Positions 61,991-64,000 of a stretch of DNA of 64,000 nt are shown in pieces (positions within the stretch are counted from its first letter, which is position 1; each line of letters begins with the position of its first letter). The stretch spans positions 18,239,106 through 18,303,105 of the forward strand of contig JARDVH010000140.1 of the NCBI GenBank assembly GCA_030324005.1, written 5' to 3'. Under the pieces are notes generated by a model. That model had not been told where the DNA came from. It saw nothing but the letters and a program-made list of their open reading frames with translations, and made no database searches. Both the position numbers and the translations under genes were made by a program. Origin of the DNA: Negaprion brevirostris. Its lineage: Eukaryota.

Positions 61991-64000
61991 CACTAAACTA
62001 TAGAAACAATCTGGTTGCAGAGAAGTGCCACAAGATAATTTTACATTGTATGGTATCTTCCATGCTGAAGAGGCAAGAGGCAAAAATTGTCAAGTTGTTT
62101 TAAGAAATGTATTCTTAAATTAGGAAAAGAATGTTATGAAGACTAAAGACAAATACGTTATCCTTTTTGTACTTTAGAATGTTGCCTCGGAGTCAAAATA
62201 TTCTTAAAAAATGAAATCCAGTGAATGTGAGATAATCAATACAGGATGTTCAATTGAATTACAAACATCAGAAAAGACATCAAGTCACAAATAACAGCTA
62301 CTAATTTTGATGCTACTCCCTCATATACACTACAATGGTGACTCAATCTGGAATGCTAAATATTTATTTTTCTAATGTGTGTGACAATATTCCAAAACAT
62401 TCAGATTGTGGGGTGGACCAGGAGGAACAGGAGCAAAGTGGCAGGGTGGAGGGAAATATATTTGTAAAATAATTCTTAATGAAAAGGGGCCAATTATATG
62501 CCAAAATTAATAAATTGTAACATCCAGTCTTGCTAGAAATTGTGATTGCCATAGAGCAATCACAATTAATGTTAGGCAATTAATTTATTCTTCGCCACAC
62601 CCAGCGCTCTATAGTTAAGTACACACACAGCACTTCATAGTTAAGTACAGTGTTCTCATTACAATGGATGTTTCACTACCTGCATTATACCTCGTGTACC
62701 TCTGTGCTTTATCATTCAAAATTAAATAGCATGTTCCAAAATTGGCTTGGAACGAGGTTAATATGTGCATCATTACATAAATTTAAAATATCTTTTCATA
62801 CTGTTGCCAATTAATGGGGAAATTAAAGTTACACCAAAACATTTGCTTCAATTTCCCAAAGTGAATCTAAATTTTATTTAGGCTTTTGGGTGGATATCAT
62901 GCAGCAAATATTTGTTTTAATGGCAAATGTTCACATTATCCAAAGGTCTAGAGTTAAATTCATGTGCTCCTGGTTAATAATGCGGCTTAAAAAGGAAAAA
63001 TTACATNNNNNNNNNNNNNNNNNNNNNNNNNNNNNNNNNNNNNNNNNNNNNNNNNNNNNNNNNNNNNNNNNNNNNNNNNNNNNNNNNNNNNNNNNNNNNN
63101 NNNNNNNNNNNNNNNNNNNNNNNNNNNNNNNNNNNNNNNNNNNNNNNNNNNNNNNNNNNNNNNNNNNNNNNNNNNNNNNNNNNNNNNNNNNNNNNNNNNN
63201 NNNNNNNNNNNNNNNNNNNNNNNNNNNNNNNNNNNNNNNNNNNNNNNNNNNNNNNNNNNNNNNNNNNNNNNNNNNNNNNNNNNNNNNNNNNNNNNNNNNN
63301 NNNNNNNNNNNNNNNNNNNNNNNNNNNNNNNNNNNNNNNNNNNNNNNNNNNNNNNNNNNNNNNNNNNNNNNNNNNNNNNNNNNNNNNNNNNNNNNNNNNN
63401 NNNNNNNNNNNNNNNNNNNNNNNNNNNNNNNNNNNNNNNNNNNNNNNNNNNNNNNNNNNNNNNNNNNNNNNNNNNNNNNNNNNNNNNNNNNNNNNNNNNN
63501 NNNNNNNNNNNNNNNNNNNNNNNNNNNNNNNNNNNNNNNNNNNNNNNNNNNNNNNNNNNNNNNNNNNNNNNNNNNNNNNNNNNNNNNNNNNNNNNNNNNN
63601 NNNNNNNNNNNNNNNNNNNNNNNNNNNNNNNNNNNNNNNNNNNNNNNNNNNNNNNNNNNNNNNNNNNNNNNNNNNNNNNNNNNNNNNNNNNNNNNNNNNN
63701 NNNNNNNNNNNNNNNNNNNNNNNNNNNNNNNNNNNNNNNNNNNNNNNNNNNNNNNNNNNNNNNNNNNNNNNNNNNNNNNNNNNNNNNNNNNNNNNNNNNN
63801 NNNNNNNNNNNNNNNNNNNNNNNNNNNNNNNNNNNNNNNNNNNNNNNNNNNNNNCGGCTTAAAAAGGAAAAATTACATGCACATTATTTGTATTAAAGAT
63901 TGCGCTGCAAATTCAACACATGCACATTTATATAATGAAATTAATCTTTCATACATTTTGCTTCAAACTTTGCTTTAAAAAGAAAGCAAAGCTACTCACA

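Noticed and set aside
62629-62650. Short direct repeats (atagttaagtaca x2; also ggatgaattaatg x2 at about 24424/24467 and tagcactgtttt x2 at about 38544/38567)
   Set aside because: Small local slippage-type duplications with no further structure.
62890-63978. 362-aa ORF on +
   Set aside because: Almost entirely N (assembly gap) and not a real coding sequence. The same applies to the X-rich ORFs at about 19868-20167, 24077-24371 and 46192-46603.
58110-64000. Search for SSH2 exons 1-2 or an alternative first exon/promoter
   Set aside because: No MALVTVQRSP- or EADSGEEE-like coding segment and no CpG island is visible. These exons probably lie beyond the window or in a gap.
1-64000. CRISPR arrays or prokaryotic operon/defence systems
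   Set aside because: The sequence is a spliced vertebrate locus, and no regularly spaced repeat-spacer array or bacterial-type gene cluster is present.

Overview
Eukaryotic (vertebrate) genomic DNA, almost certainly from a cartilaginous fish (shark), judging by its SINE, CR1 and Penelope repeat landscape. The window is dominated by one intron-rich gene on the minus strand, the cofilin phosphatase Slingshot homolog 2 (SSH2). Thirteen coding exons can be traced by hand from 58109 down to the stop codon at 8291. All have GT/AG boundaries, and together they give one continuous frame of 4213 nt with an intact HCKMGISRS (CX5R) catalytic loop. The first two coding exons lie beyond the right edge of the window. 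A putative 3' UTR of about 3.4 kb ends near an AATAAA at 4913-4918 (minus strand). Introns and the downstream flank contain CR1-type LINE fragments, tRNA-headed V-SINE/HE1-like SINEs with two different tails, solo LTRs (one with a perfect 4-bp TSD), a hAT-type non-autonomous element with an 8-bp TSD, a decayed Harbinger transposase and Harbinger-like MITEs. Two observations stand out. (1) A non-TE-looking inverted duplication in the intron between exons 5 and 6, with a strongly conserved core of about 240 bp, predicts a long-range pre-mRNA duplex that loops out about 2.4 kb containing a candidate poison microexon. (2) An intact-looking minimal type-I hammerhead ribozyme sits inside a TSD-flanked Penelope-derived insertion at 43446-43579. 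Almost all short ORFs in the supplied track are spurious. Exon numbers follow human SSH2 from memory, and repeat boundaries are approximate.
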